Part shown: positions 28,300-42,418 of the stretch, piece after piece | Numbering within the stretch: position 1 is the stretch's first letter | Layout of the letters: each line of letters begins with the position of its first letter | Program-made: the position numbers and the translations under genes | Notes under the pieces: generated by a model | The model's database searches: none | What the model saw: only the letters and a program-made list of their open reading frames with translations | What the model was told of the DNA's origin: nothing | Assembly: GCF_009914755.1 (NCBI RefSeq) | Contig: NC_060948.1 | Origin: the human T2T-CHM13v2.0 reference genome, Homo sapiens | DNA length: 64,000 nt | Direction: 5' to 3' (one strand)

Positions 28300-31200
28300 A
28301 TGGAATCGAACCACAAGGAATGGACAGGAATAGAATGGTCTCGAATTGAATGGAATCGTATGGAATGGCATCAAACGGAATGGAATGGACAGCCACGGAA
28401 TGGAATGCACTCGAATGCAATGGAGTCGAAACTAATGGACTGGAATAGAATGGACTCGACTGGTACGGACTCCAATGGAATGGAATCGAATGGAAGGGAA
28501 TCGAACGGAATGGACTCGAAGGGAAAAGACTGCAATGGAAAGGTCTCGAATGGAATGGAAATTAATGGAATGGAATGGAATCGAATGAAATGGAGTCAAA
28601 AGGAATGGAATCGAATGGCAAGAAATCGAATGTAATGGAATCGCAAGGAATTGATGTGAACGGAACGGAATGGAATGGAATCCAAAGAAATGGAATAGAA
28701 TGGAATGGAATCGAATGGAAAGAACTCGAATGGAAATCACTCGAATAGAATGCAATTTAATAAAATAGGATGAAATGTAATTGAATGGAATGGAAAGGAA
28801 TCGAAACGAAAGGAATGGAGACAGATGGAATGGAATGGAACAGAGAGCAATGGTATAGAATGGAATGGAATCATCTGGAATGGAATTGAATGGAATGGAA
28901 TAATATGAAATGGAATGGAATGGAATGGAATGCCCTTGAATTAAATGGACTGGAATGGAATGGACTCGAACAGAGTGGAATGGAATGTGTTGAGATAGAA
29001 TGGAATGGACTCCTTTGGAATGGTCTAGTATGCAATGCAATCGACTGGCAGGGAATCAAAAGGAATGTAATCGAATGGATTGGACTGGAATGCAATGGAC
29101 TCGAATAGATTGGAAACGGAATGCAAAGGAATGGAATGGAATAGTATGGAATGGAATGGAAAGGAATGGAGTGGAATAGACTAGAGTGGAATGGAATGGA
29201 CTCGAAAGCAATGGACTGGAATGGAACTTTCTTGAATGGACTGGAATCAAACGGAATGGAATGCAATGCAATCAAATGGCATGGAATAAAATAGAATGAA
29301 AGAGAATCAAATGGAATTGAATCGAATGCAATCGAATGGATTGGAAAGGAATAGAATGGAATGGAATGGAATTGACTCAAATGGAATGGACTAGAATGGA
29401 ATGGATTCGAATGGAAGGCAAAGGAATGGAATCTATTGGAATGCACAGCAATGGAATGGAAAGGAAGGGATTGGAATGGACTCGAATGGAATGGACTGCA
29501 ATAGAAAGGATTCGAATGGAATGAAAAAGAATTGAATGGAATAGAACAGAATGGAATCAAATCGAATGAAATGGAATGGAATAGAAAGGAATGGAATGAA
29601 ACGGAATGGAAAGGATTCGAATGGAATGCAATCGAATGGAATGGAATCGAACGGAATGGAATAAAATGGAAGAAAACTGGCAAGAAATGGAATCGAAATG
29701 AATGGAGTGTTATGGAACGGACTCCAAAGGAATTGAATGTAATAGAATGGAGTGGAGTGGACTCGAATATAATGGACTGGAATGGAATGAAATCACATGG
29801 AATGGGAACGAATGGAATGGAATGGAAAGGAATGGAATCGAATGGAAAGGAATCGAATGGAAGGGAATGAAATTGAATCAACAGGAATGGAAGGGAATAG
29901 AATAGACGGTAATGGAATGGACTCGAATAGAATGGACACGAATGCTCAAATTGAATGGACTCGAATGGAATGGAAACGAAAGGAATGTCATCGAATGGAA
30001 TTGAATCGATTGGAATGAAATCGCATAGAATGGAGTGGAATCAAATGGAATTGAATCGAAAGGAAAGGAAGCGAATGGACTGAAATGAAATGGAATGGAA
30101 TTGAATGGAAAGTAAAGCAATGGAATAGAATGGAACGAAATTTCACGGAATGGAATCAAACTGAATGGAATCAAATCAATGGAATATAATCAAATGGAAT
30201 GGAAAGGAATTGAATGGAGTAGATGTGATTGGATGGGATTGGAATGAAATGTACTGGAAAGGACTCGAATTTCATGAAACGGAATGGAATGAATTGGAAC
30301 GGAATGGACTCGAATGGAATGGAATGTCATGGAATGGCATCAAATGGAATGGCATCAAATGGAATGGAATCGAATGCAATGGAATGCTATGGAATGGAAT
30401 GGAATGCATTGGAATGGAATGTCCTCTAATGGAATGGATTCGAGTGGAATGGAATCGAATATAATGGAGTCGAATGAAATGAAATTGAAAGGAATGGGAT
30501 CGAATACAATGGAATATACTGGAATGTAATGTAATGAACTCGAATGTAATTGACTGGAATGGAATGTACATGAATGGAATGTAATCGAATGGAAAGTAAT
30601 CCAATGGAATAGAATCTAATGCAATAAAATCGACTCAGATAGAGTAGAATGTAATGGAATGGAGTGCAGTGCAATGGAATGGAATGGAATGGAATGGAAT
30701 GCAATGGAATGGAATGGAATGGAATGGAATGGAATGGGATGGAATGGTATGGAATGGATAGTAATGGACTGGAGTGAAATGGACTGGAAAGGAATGGACT
30801 CAAATTGAAAGGGCTCGAAAGGAATGGAGTCAAATGGAATGGTCTGGAATGGAATGAACACGAATGTAATGCAATCCAATAGAATGGAATCGAATGGCAT
30901 GGAATATAAAGAAATGGAATCGAAGAGAATGGAAACAAACGGAATGGAATTGAATGGAATGGAATTGAATGGAATGGGAACGAATGGAGTGAAATTGTAT
31001 GCAGTAGAAGAGAATAGAATGGAATGCAAGCGAAAGGAAAGGAATGGATTGGAATGGAATGGAATTCATTGGAATGGAAGGGAATGTAGTGTAATGGACA
31101 GGCCTGGAATAAAGTGGAATGCTACGGTCTCGAATGGAATAAAAATGTATGGAATGGAATGCAAAGAAACGGAATTGAATGTCATAGAATGTAATGGAAT

Positions 31201-31848
31201 GCAAAAAAATGGACTCCAAAATCATTGACTGGAAAGGCTGGGTGTCGAAAGGAATTGACTCCAATGGAATGGAATCGAATGGAATGGAAGTGAATAGAAT
31301 CGAACTAAATCGAATGGAATGGAATTGATAGGAACGGAATGGAAAGGAATGAAATGATTTGGCATGGAATGGAATCGAATGGCATCGAATGGAATGGAAT
31401 GGAATGCAATGCAATGGAATGTATTAGAATGTAATGAACTTTAATGGAATGTACTCGAATGGATTCGACTGGAATGGAATGTTCTGGAAGTGAATGGACT
31501 CCAATGGAATGGATTGAAAAGGAATGGAATCGTACGGAATGGAATCTAATGGAATGGAATTAAATGGAAATGAATGAAATTGAATAGCACGGAATTGAAT
31601 TGAATGGAATCGAATGCAATGGAATCTAATGAAACGGAAAGGAAAGGAATGGAATGGAATGGGCTGGAATGGAAAGGAATCGAAACGAATGGAATGGAAT
31701 CGAACTGAAGAGACTGGAATGGAATGCACTGGAATGGAAGGGAGTGTAATGGAAGGTTCTCGAAATAAATGGAATCGAATGGAATGGAATTGAATGGAAC
31801 GGAATAGAGTCGAATGGAATTGAATGGAATGGAATGGACTAGAGTGAA
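28300..31848 (+). repeat. DYZ1 unit U9, 3549 bp
   Basis: +15 duplication, +20 at about 30675-30735, -5 at about 31650. Confidence 0.93.
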
Positions 31849-34800
31849 ATGGAATCGAACCACAAGGAATGGACAGGAATAGAATGGTCTCGAATTGAAT
31901 GGAATCGTATGGAATGGCATCAAACGGAATGGAATGGACAGCCACGGAATGGAATGCACTCGAATGCAATGGAGTCGAACCTAATGGACTGGAATAGAAT
32001 GGACTCGACTGGTACGGACTCCAATGGAATGGAATCGAATGGAAGGGAATCGAACGGAATGGACTCGAAGGGAAAATACTGCAATGGAAAGGCCTCGAAT
32101 GGAATGGAAATTAATGGAATGGAATGGAATCGAATGAAATGGAGTCAAAAGGAATGGAATCGAATGGCAAGAAATCGAATGTAATGGAATCGCAAGGAAT
32201 TGATGTGAACGGAACGGAATGGAATGGAATCCAAAGAAATGGAATAGAATGGAATGGAATCGAATGGAAAGAACTCGAATGGAAATCACTCGAATAGAAT
32301 GCAATTTAATAAAATAGGATGAAATGTAATTGAATGGAATGGAAAGGAATCGAAACGAAAGGAATGGAGACAGATGGAATGGAATGGAACAGAGAGCAAT
32401 GGTATAGAATGGAATGGAATCATCTGGAATGGAATTGAATGGAATGGAATAATATGAAATGGAATGGAATGGAATGGAATGCCCTTGAATTAAATGGACT
32501 GGAATGGAATGGACTCGAACAGAGTGGAATGGAAAGTGTTGAGATAGAATGGAATGGACTGCTTTGGAATGGTCTAGTATGCAATGCAATGGACTGGCAG
32601 GGAATCAAAAGGAATGTAATCGAATGGATTGGACTGGAATGCAATGGACTCGAATAGATTGGAAACCGAATGCAAAGGAATGGAATGGAATAGTATGGAA
32701 TGGAATGGAAAGGAATGGAGTGGAATAGACTAGAGTGGAATGGAATGGACTCGAAAGCAATGGACTGGAATGGAACTTTCTTGAATGGACTGGAATCAAA
32801 CGGAATGGAATGCAATGCAATCAAATGGCATGGAATAAAATAGAATGAAAGAGAATCAAATGGAATTGAATTGAATGCAATCGAATGGATTGGAAAGGAA
32901 TAGAATGGAATGGAATGGAATTGACTCAAATGGAATGGACTAGAATGGAATGGATTCGAATGGAAGGCAAAGGAATGGAATCTATTGGAATGGACAGCAA
33001 TGGAATGGAAAGGAAGGGATTGGAATGGACTCGAATGGAATGGACTGCAATAGAAAGGATTCGAATGGAATGAAAAAGAATTGAATGGAATAGAACAGAA
33101 TGGAATCAAATCGAATGAAATGGAATGGAATAGAAAGGAATGGAATGAAATGGAATGGAAAGGATTCGAATGGAATGCAATCGAATGGAATGGAATCGAA
33201 CGGAATGGAATAAAATGGAAGAAAACTGGCAAGAAATGGAATCGAAATGAATGGAGTGTTATGGAACGGACTCCAAAGGAATTGAATGTAATAGAATGGA
33301 GTGGAGTGGACTCGAATATAATGGACTGGAATGGAATGAAATCACATGGAATGGGAACGAATGGAATGGAATGGAAAGGAATGGAATCCAATGGAAAGGA
33401 ATCGAATGGAAGGGAATGAAATTGAATCAACAGGAATGGAAGGGAATAGAATAGACGGTAATGGAATGGACTCGAATAGAATGGACACGAATGCTCAAAT
33501 TGAATGGACTCGAATGGAATGGAAACGAAAGGAATGTCATCGAATGGAATTGAATTGATTGGAATGAAATCGCATAGAATGGAGTGGAATCAAATGGAAT
33601 TGAATCGAAAGGAAAGGAAGCGAATGGACTGAAATGAAATGGAATGGAATTGAATGGAAAGTAAAGCAATGGAATAGAATGGAACGAAATTTCACGGAAT
33701 GGAATCAAACTGAATGGAATCAAATCAATGGAATATAATCAAATGGAATGGAAAGGAATTGAATGGAGTAGATGGGATTGGATGGGATTGGAATGAAATG
33801 TACTGGAAAGGACTCGAATTTCATGAAACGGAATGGAATGAATTGGAACGGAATGGACTCGAATGGAATGGAATGTCATGGAATGGCATCAAATGGAATG
33901 GCATCAAATGGAATGGAATCGAATGCAATGGAATGCTATGGAATGGAATGGAATGCATTGGAATGGAATGTCCTCTAATGGAATGGATTCGAGTGGAATG
34001 GAATCGAATATAATGGAGTCGAATGAAATGAAATTGAAAGGAATGGGATCGAATACAATGGAATATACTGGAATGTAATGTAATGAACTCGAATGTAATT
34101 GACTGGAATGGAATGTACATGAATGGAATGTAATCGAATGGAAAGTAATCCAATGGAATAGAATCTAATGCAATAAAATCGACTCAGATAGAGTAGAATG
34201 TAATGGAATGGAGTGCAGTGCAATGGAATGGAATGGAATGGAATGCAATGGAATGGAATGGAATGGGATGGAATGGTATGGAATGGATAGTAATGGACTG
34301 GAGGGAAATGGACTGGAAAGGAATGGACTCAAATTGAAAGGGCTCGAAAGGAATGGAGTCAAATGGAATGGTCTGGAATGGAATGAACACGAATGTAATG
34401 CAATCCAATAGAATGGAATCGAATGGCATGGAATATAAAGAAATAGAATCGAAGAGAATGGAAACAAACGGAATGGAATTGAATGGAATGGGAACGAATG
34501 GAGTGAAATTGTATGCAGTAGAAGAGAATAGAATGGAATGCAAGCGAAAGGAAAGGAATGGATTGGAATGGAATGGAATTCATTGGAATGGAAGGGAATG
34601 TAGTGTAATGGACAGGCCTGGAATAAAGTGGAATGCTACGGTCTCGAATGGAATAAAAATGTATGGAATGGAATGCAAAGAAACGGAATCGAATGTCATA
34701 TAATGTAATGGAATGCAAAAAAATGGACTCCAAAATCATTGACTGGAAAGGCTGGGTGTCGAAAGAATTGACTCCAATGGAATGGAATCGAATGGAATGG

Positions 34801-35366
34801 AAGTGAATAGAATCGAACTAAATCGAATGGAATGGAATTGATAGGAACGGAATGGAAAGGAATGAAATGATTTGGCATGGAATGGAATCGAATGGCATCG
34901 AATGGAATGGAATGGAATGCAATGCAATGGAATGTATTAGAATGTAATGAACTTTAATGGAATGTACTCGAATGGATTCGACTGGAATGGAATGTTCTGG
35001 AAGTGAATGGACTCCAATGGAATGGATTGAAAAGGAATGGAATCGTACGGAATGGAATCTAATGGAATGGAATTAAATGGAAATGAATGAAATTGAATAG
35101 CACGGAATTGAATTGAATGGAATCGAATGCAATGGAATCTAATGAAACGGAAAGGAAAGGAATGGAATGGAATGGAATGGGCTGGAATGGAAAGGAATCG
35201 AAACGAATGGAATGGAATCGAACTGAAGAGACTGGAATGGAATGCACTGGAATGGAAGGGAGTGTAATGGAAGGTTCTCGAAAAAAATGGAATCGAATGG
35301 AATGGAATTGAATGGAACGGAATAGAGTCGAATGGAATTGAATGGAATGGAATGGGCTAGAGTGAA
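31849..35366 (+). repeat. DYZ1 unit U10, 3518 bp
   Basis: +15 duplication, -15 at about 34480, -1 at about 34765. Extra GGCC at 32091. Confidence 0.93.
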
Positions 35367-38300
35367 ATGGAATCGAACCACAAGGAATGGACAGGAATAG
35401 AATGGTCTCGAATTGAATGGAATCGTATGGAATGGCATCAAACGGAATGGAATGGACAGCCACGGAATGGAATGCACTCGAATGCAATGGAGTCGAACCT
35501 AATGGACTGGAATAGAATGGACTCGACTGGTACGGACTCCAATGGAATGGAATCGAATGGAAGGGAATCGAACGGAATGGACTCGAAGGGAAAAGACTGC
35601 AATGGAAAGGTCTCGAATGGAATGGAAATCAATGGAATGGAATGGAATCGAATGAAATGGAGTCAAAAGGAATGGAATCGAATGGCAAGAAATCGAATGT
35701 AATGGAATCGCAAGGAATTGATGTGAACGGAACGGAATGGAATGGAATCCAAAGAAATGGAATAGAATGGAATGGAATCGAATGGAAAGAACTCGAATGG
35801 AAATCACTCGAATAGAATGCAATTTAATAAAATAGGATGAAATGTAATTGAATGGAATGGAAAGGAATCGAAACGAAAGGAATGGAGACAGATGGAATGG
35901 AATGGAACAGAGAGCAATGGTATAGAATGGAATGGAATCATCTGGAATGGAATTGAATGGAATGGAATAATATGAAATGGAATGGAATGGAATGGAATGC
36001 CCTTGAATTAAATGGACTGGAATGGAATGGACTCGAACAGAGTGGAATGGAAAGTGTTGAGATAGAATGGAATGGACTCCTTTGGAATGGTCTAGTATGC
36101 AATGCAATGGACTGGCAGGGAATCAAAAGGAATGTAATCGAATGGATTGGACTGGAATGCAATGGACTCGAATAGATTGGAAACGGAATGCAAAGGAATG
36201 GAATGGAATAGTATGGAATGGAATGGAAAGGAATGGAGTGGAATAGACTAGAGTGGAATGGAATGGACTCGAAAGCAATGGACTGGAATGGAACTTTCTT
36301 GAATGGACTGGAATCAAACGGAATGGAATGCAATGCAATCAAATGGCATGGAATAAAATAGAATGAAAGAGAATCAAATGGAATTGAATCGAATGCAATC
36401 GAATGGATTGGAAAGGAATAGAATGGAATGGAATGGAATTGACTCAAATGGAATGGACTAGAATGGAATGGATTCGAATGGAAGGCAAAGGAATGGAATC
36501 TATTGGAATGGACAGCAATGGAATGGAAAGGAAGGGATTGGAATGGACTCGAATGGAATGGACTGCAATAGAAAGGATTCGAATGGAATGAAAAAGAATT
36601 GAATGGAATAGAACAGAATGGAATCAAATCGAATGAAATGGAATGGAATAGAAAGGAATGGAATGAAATGGAATGGAAAGGATTCGAATGGAATGCAATC
36701 GAATGGAATGGAATCGAACGGAATGGAATAAAATGGAAGAAAACTGGCAAGAAATGGAATCGAAATGAATGGAGTGTTATGGAACGGACTCAAAAGGAAT
36801 TGAATGTAATAGAATGGAGTGGAGTGGACTCGAATATAATGGACTGGAATGGAATGAAATCACATGGAATGGGAACGAATGGAATGGAATGGAAAGGAAT
36901 GGAATCCAATGGAAAGGAATCGAATGGAAGGGAATGAAATTGAATCAACAGGAATGGAAGGGAATAGAATAGACGGTAATGGAATGGACTCGAATAGAAT
37001 GGACACGAATGCTCAAATTGAATGGACTCGAATGGAATGGAAACGAAAGGAATGTCATCGAATGGAATTGAATCGATTGGAATGAAATCGCATAGAATGG
37101 AGTGGAATCAAATGGAATTGAATCGAAAGGAAAGGAAGCGAATGGACTGAAATGAAATGGAATGGAATTGAATGGAAAGTAAAGCAATGGAATAGAATGG
37201 AACGAAATTTCACGGAATGGAATCAAACTGAATGGAATCAAATCAATGGAATATAATCAAACGGAATGGAAAGGAATTGAATGGAGTAGATGGGATTGGA
37301 TGGGATTGGAATGAAATGTACTGGAAAGGACTCGAATTTCATGAAACGGAATGGAATGAATTGGAACGGAATGGACTCGAATGGAATGGAATGTCATGGA
37401 ATGGCATCAAATGGAATGGCATCAAATGGAATGGAATCGAATGCAATGGAATGCTATGGAATGGAATGGAATGCATTGGAATGGAATGTCCTCTAATGGA
37501 ATGGATTCGAGTGGAATGGAATCGAATATAATGGAGTCGAATGAAATGGAATTGAAAGGAATGGGATCGAATACAATGGAATATACTGGAATGTAATGTA
37601 ATGAACTCCAATGTAATTGACTGGAATGGAATGTACATGAATGGAATGTAATCGAATGGAAAGTAATCCAATGGAATAGAATCTAATGCAATAAAATCGA
37701 CTCAGATAGAGTAGAATGTAATGGAATGGAGTGCAGTGCAATGGAATGGAATGGAATGGAATGCAATGGAATGGAATGGAATGGGATGGAATGGTATGGA
37801 ATGGATAGTAATGGACTGGAGTGAAATGGACTGGAAAGGAATGGACTCAAATTGAAAGGGCTCGAAAGGAATGGAGTCAAATGGAATGGTCTGGAATGGA
37901 ATGAACAAGAATGTAATGCAATCCAATAGAATGGAATCGAATGGCATGGAATATAAAGAAATGGAATCGAAGAGAATGGAAACAAACGGAATGGAATTGA
38001 ATGGAATGGAATTGAATGGAATGGGAACGAATGGAGTGAAATTGTATGCAGTAGAAGAGAATAGAATGGAATGCAAGCGAAAGGAAAGGAATGGATTGGA
38101 ATGGAATGGAATTCATTGGAATGGAAGGGAATGTAGTGTAATGGACAGGCCTGGAATAAAGTGGAATGCTACGGTCTCGAATGGAATAAAAATGTATGGA
38201 ATGGAATGCAAAGAAACGGAATCGAATGTCATAGAATGTAATGGAATGCAAAAAAATGGACTCCAAAATCATTGACTGGAAAGGCTGGGTGTCGAAAGGA

Positions 38301-38900
38301 ATTGACTCCAATGGAATGGAATCGAATGGAATGGAAGTGAATAGAATCGAACTAAATCGAATGGAATGGAATTGATAGGAACGGAATGGAAAGGAATGAA
38401 ATGATTTAGCATGGAATGGAATCGAATGGCATCGAATGGAATGGAATGGAATGCAACGCAATGGAATGTATTAGAATGTAATGAACTTTAATGGAATGTA
38501 CTCGAATGGATTCGACTGGAATGGAATGTTCTGGAAGTGAATGGACTCCAATGGAATGGATTGAAAAGGAATGGAATCGTACGGAATGGAATCTAATGGA
38601 ATGGAATTAAATGGAAATGAATGAAATTGAATAGCACGGAATTGAATTGAATGGAATCGAATGCAATGGAATCTAATGAAACGGAAAGGAAAGGAATGGA
38701 ATGGAATGGAATGGGCTGGAATGGAAAGGAATCGAAACGAATGGAATGGAATCGAACTGAAGAGACTGGAATGGAATGCACTGGAATGGAAGGGAGTGTA
38801 ATGGAAGGTTCTCGAAATAAATGGAATCGAATGGAATGGAATTGAATGGAACGGAATAGAGTCGAATGGAATTGAATGGAATGGAATGGACTAGAGTGAA
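35367..38900 (+). repeat. DYZ1 unit U11, 3534 bp
   Basis: +15 duplication only. Confidence 0.93.
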
Positions 38901-41900
38901 ATGGAATCGAACCACAAGGAATGGACAGGAATAGAATGGTCTCGAATTGAATGGAATCGTATGGAATGGCATCAAACGGAATGGAATGGACAGCCACGGA
39001 ATGGAATGCACTCGAATGCAATGGAGTCGAACCTAATGGACTGGAATAGAATGGACTCGACTGGTACGGACTCCAATGGAATGGAATCGAATGGAAGGGA
39101 ATCGAACGGAATGGACTCGAAGGGAAAAGACTGCAATGGAAAGGTCTCGAATGGAATGGAAATTAATGGAATGGAATGGAATCGAATGAAATGGAGTCAA
39201 AAGGAATGGAATCGAATGGCAAGAAATCGAATGTAATGGAATCGCAAGGAATTGATGTGAACGGAACGGAATGGAATGGAATCCAAAGAAATGGAATAGA
39301 ATGGAATGGAATCGAATGGAAAGAACTCGAATGGAAATCACTCGAATAGAATGCAATTTAATAAAATAGGATGAAATGTAATTGAATGGAATGGAAAGGA
39401 ATCGAAACGAAAGGAATGGAGACAGATGGAATGGAATGGAACAGAGAGCAATGGTATAGAATGGAATGGAATCATCTGGAATGGAATTGAATGGAATGGA
39501 ATAATATGAAATGGAATGGAATGGAATGGAATGCCCTTGAATTAAATGGACTGGAATGGAATGGACTCGAACAGAGTGGAATGGAAAGTGTTGAGATAGA
39601 ATGGAATGGACTGCTTTGGAATGGTCTAGTATGCAATGCAATGGACTGGCAGGGAATCAAAAGGAATGTAATCGAATGGATTGGACTGGAATGCAATGGA
39701 CTGGAATAGATTGGAAACCGAATGCAAAGGAATGGAATGGAATAGTATGGAATGGAATGGAAAGGAATGGAGTGGAATAGACTAGAGTGGAATGGAATGG
39801 ACTCGAAAGGAATGGACTGGAATGGAACTTTCTTGAATGGACTGGAATCAAACGGAATGGAATGCAATGCAATCAAATGGCATGGAATAAAATAGAATGA
39901 AAGAGAATCAAATGGAATTGAATTGAATGCAATCGAATGGATTGGAAAGGAATAGAATGGAATGGAATGGAATTGACTCAAATGGAATGGACTAGAATGG
40001 AATGGATTCGAATGGAAGGCAAAGGAATGGAATCTATTGGAATGGACAGCAATGGAATGGAAAGGAAGGGATTGGAATGGACTCGAATGGAATGGACTGC
40101 AATAGAAAGGATTCGAATGGAATGAAAAAGAATTGAATGGAATAGAACAGAATGGAATCAAATCGAATGAAATGGAATGGAATAGAAAGGAATGGAATGA
40201 AATGGAATGGAAAGGATTCGAATGGAATGCAATCGAATGGAATGGAATCGAACGGAATGGAATAAAATGGAAGAAAACTGGCAAGAAATGGAATCGAAAT
40301 GAATGGAGTGTTATGGAACGGACTCCAAAGGAATTGAATGTAATAGAATGGAGTGGAGTGGACTCGAATATAATGGACTGGAATGGAATGAAATCACATG
40401 GAATGGGAACGAATGGAATGGAATGGAAAGGAATGGAATCGAATGGAAAGGAATCGAATGGAAGGGAATGAAATTGAATCAACAGGAATGGAAGGGAATA
40501 GAATAGACGGTAATGGAATGGACTCGAATAGAATGGACACGAATGCTCAAATTGAATGGACTCGAATGGAATGGAAACGAAAGGAATGTCATCGAATGGA
40601 ATTGAATCGATTGGAATGAAATCGCATAGAATGGAGTGGAATCAAATGGAATTGAATCGAAAGGAAAGGAAGCGAATGGACTGAAATGAAATGGAATGGA
40701 ATTGAATGGAAAGTAAAGCAATGGAATAGAATGGAACGAAATTTCACGGAATGGAATCAAACTGAATGGAATCAAATCAATGGAATATAATCAAATGGAA
40801 TGGAAAGGAATTGAATGGAGTAGATGGGATTGGATGGGATTGGAATGAAATGTACTGGAAAGGACTCGAATTTCATGAAACGGAATGGAATGAATTGGAA
40901 CGGAATGGACTCGAATGGAATGGAATGTCATGGAATGGCATCAAATGGAATGGCATCAAATGGAATGGAATCGAATGCAATGGAATACTATGGAATGGAA
41001 TGGAATGCATTGGAATGGAATGTCCTCTAATGGAATGGATTCGAGTGGAATGGAATCGAATATAATGGAGTCGAATGAAATGAAATTGAAAGGAATGGGA
41101 TCGAATACAATGGAATATACTGGAATGTAATGTAATGAACTCGAATGTAATTGACTGGAATGGAATGTACATGAATGGAATGTAATCGAATGGAAAGTAA
41201 TCCAATGGAATAGAATCTAATGCAATAAAATCGACTCAGATAGAGTAGAATGTAATGGAATGGAGTGCAGTGCAATGGAATGGAATGGAATGGAATGCAA
41301 TGGAATGGAATGGAATGGGATGGAATGGTATGGAATGGATAGTAATGGACTGGAGGGAAATGGACTGGAAAGGAATGGACTCAAATTGAAAGGGCTCGAA
41401 AGGAATGGAGTCAAATGGAATGGTCTGGAATGGAATGAACACGAATGTAATGCAATCCAATAGAATGGAATCGAATGGCATGGAATATAAAGAAATGGAA
41501 TCGAAGAGAATGGAAACAAACGGAATGGAATTGAATGGAATGGGAACGAATGGAGTGAAATTGTATGCAGTAGAAGAGAATAGAATGGAATGCAAGCGAA
41601 AGGAAAGGAATGGATTGGAATGGAATGGAATTCATTGGAATGGAAGGGAATGTAGTGTAATGGACAGGCCTGGAATAAAGTGGAATGCTACGGTCTCGAA
41701 TGGAATAAAAATGTATGGAATGGAATGCAAAGAAACGGAATCGAATGTCATATAATGTAATGGAATGCAAAATAATGGACTCCAAAATCATTGACTGGAA
41801 AGGCTGGGTGTCGAAAGAATTGACTCCAATGGAATGGAATCGAATGGAATGGAAGTGAATAGAATCGAACTAAATCGAATGGAATGGAATTGATAGGAAC

Positions 41901-42418
41901 GGAATGGAAAGGAATGAAATGATTTGGCATGGAATGGAATCGAATGGCATCGAATGGAATGGAATGGAATGCAATGCAATGGAATGTATTAGAATGTAAT
42001 GAACTTTAATGGAATGTACTCGAATGGATTCGACTGGAATGGAATGTTCTGGAAGTGAATGGACTCCAATGGAATGGATTGAAAAGGAATGGAATCGTAC
42101 GGAATGGAATCTAATGGAATGGAATTAAATGGAAATGAATGAAATTGAATAGCACGGAATTGAATTGAATGGAATCGAATGCAATGGAATCTAATGAAAC
42201 GGAAAGGAAAGGAATGGAATGGAATGGAATGGGCTGGAATGGAAAGGAATCGAAACGAATGGAATGGAATCGAACTGAAGAGACTGGAATGGAATGCACT
42301 GGAATGGAAGGGAGTGTAATGGAAGGTTCTCGAAAAAAATGGAATCGAATGGAATGCAATTGAATGGAACGGAATAGAGTCGAATGGAATTGAATGGAAT
42401 GGAATGGACTAGAGTGAA
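38901..42418 (+). repeat. DYZ1 unit U12, 3518 bp
   Basis: Same +15/-15/-1 indel set as U10. Confidence 0.93.
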
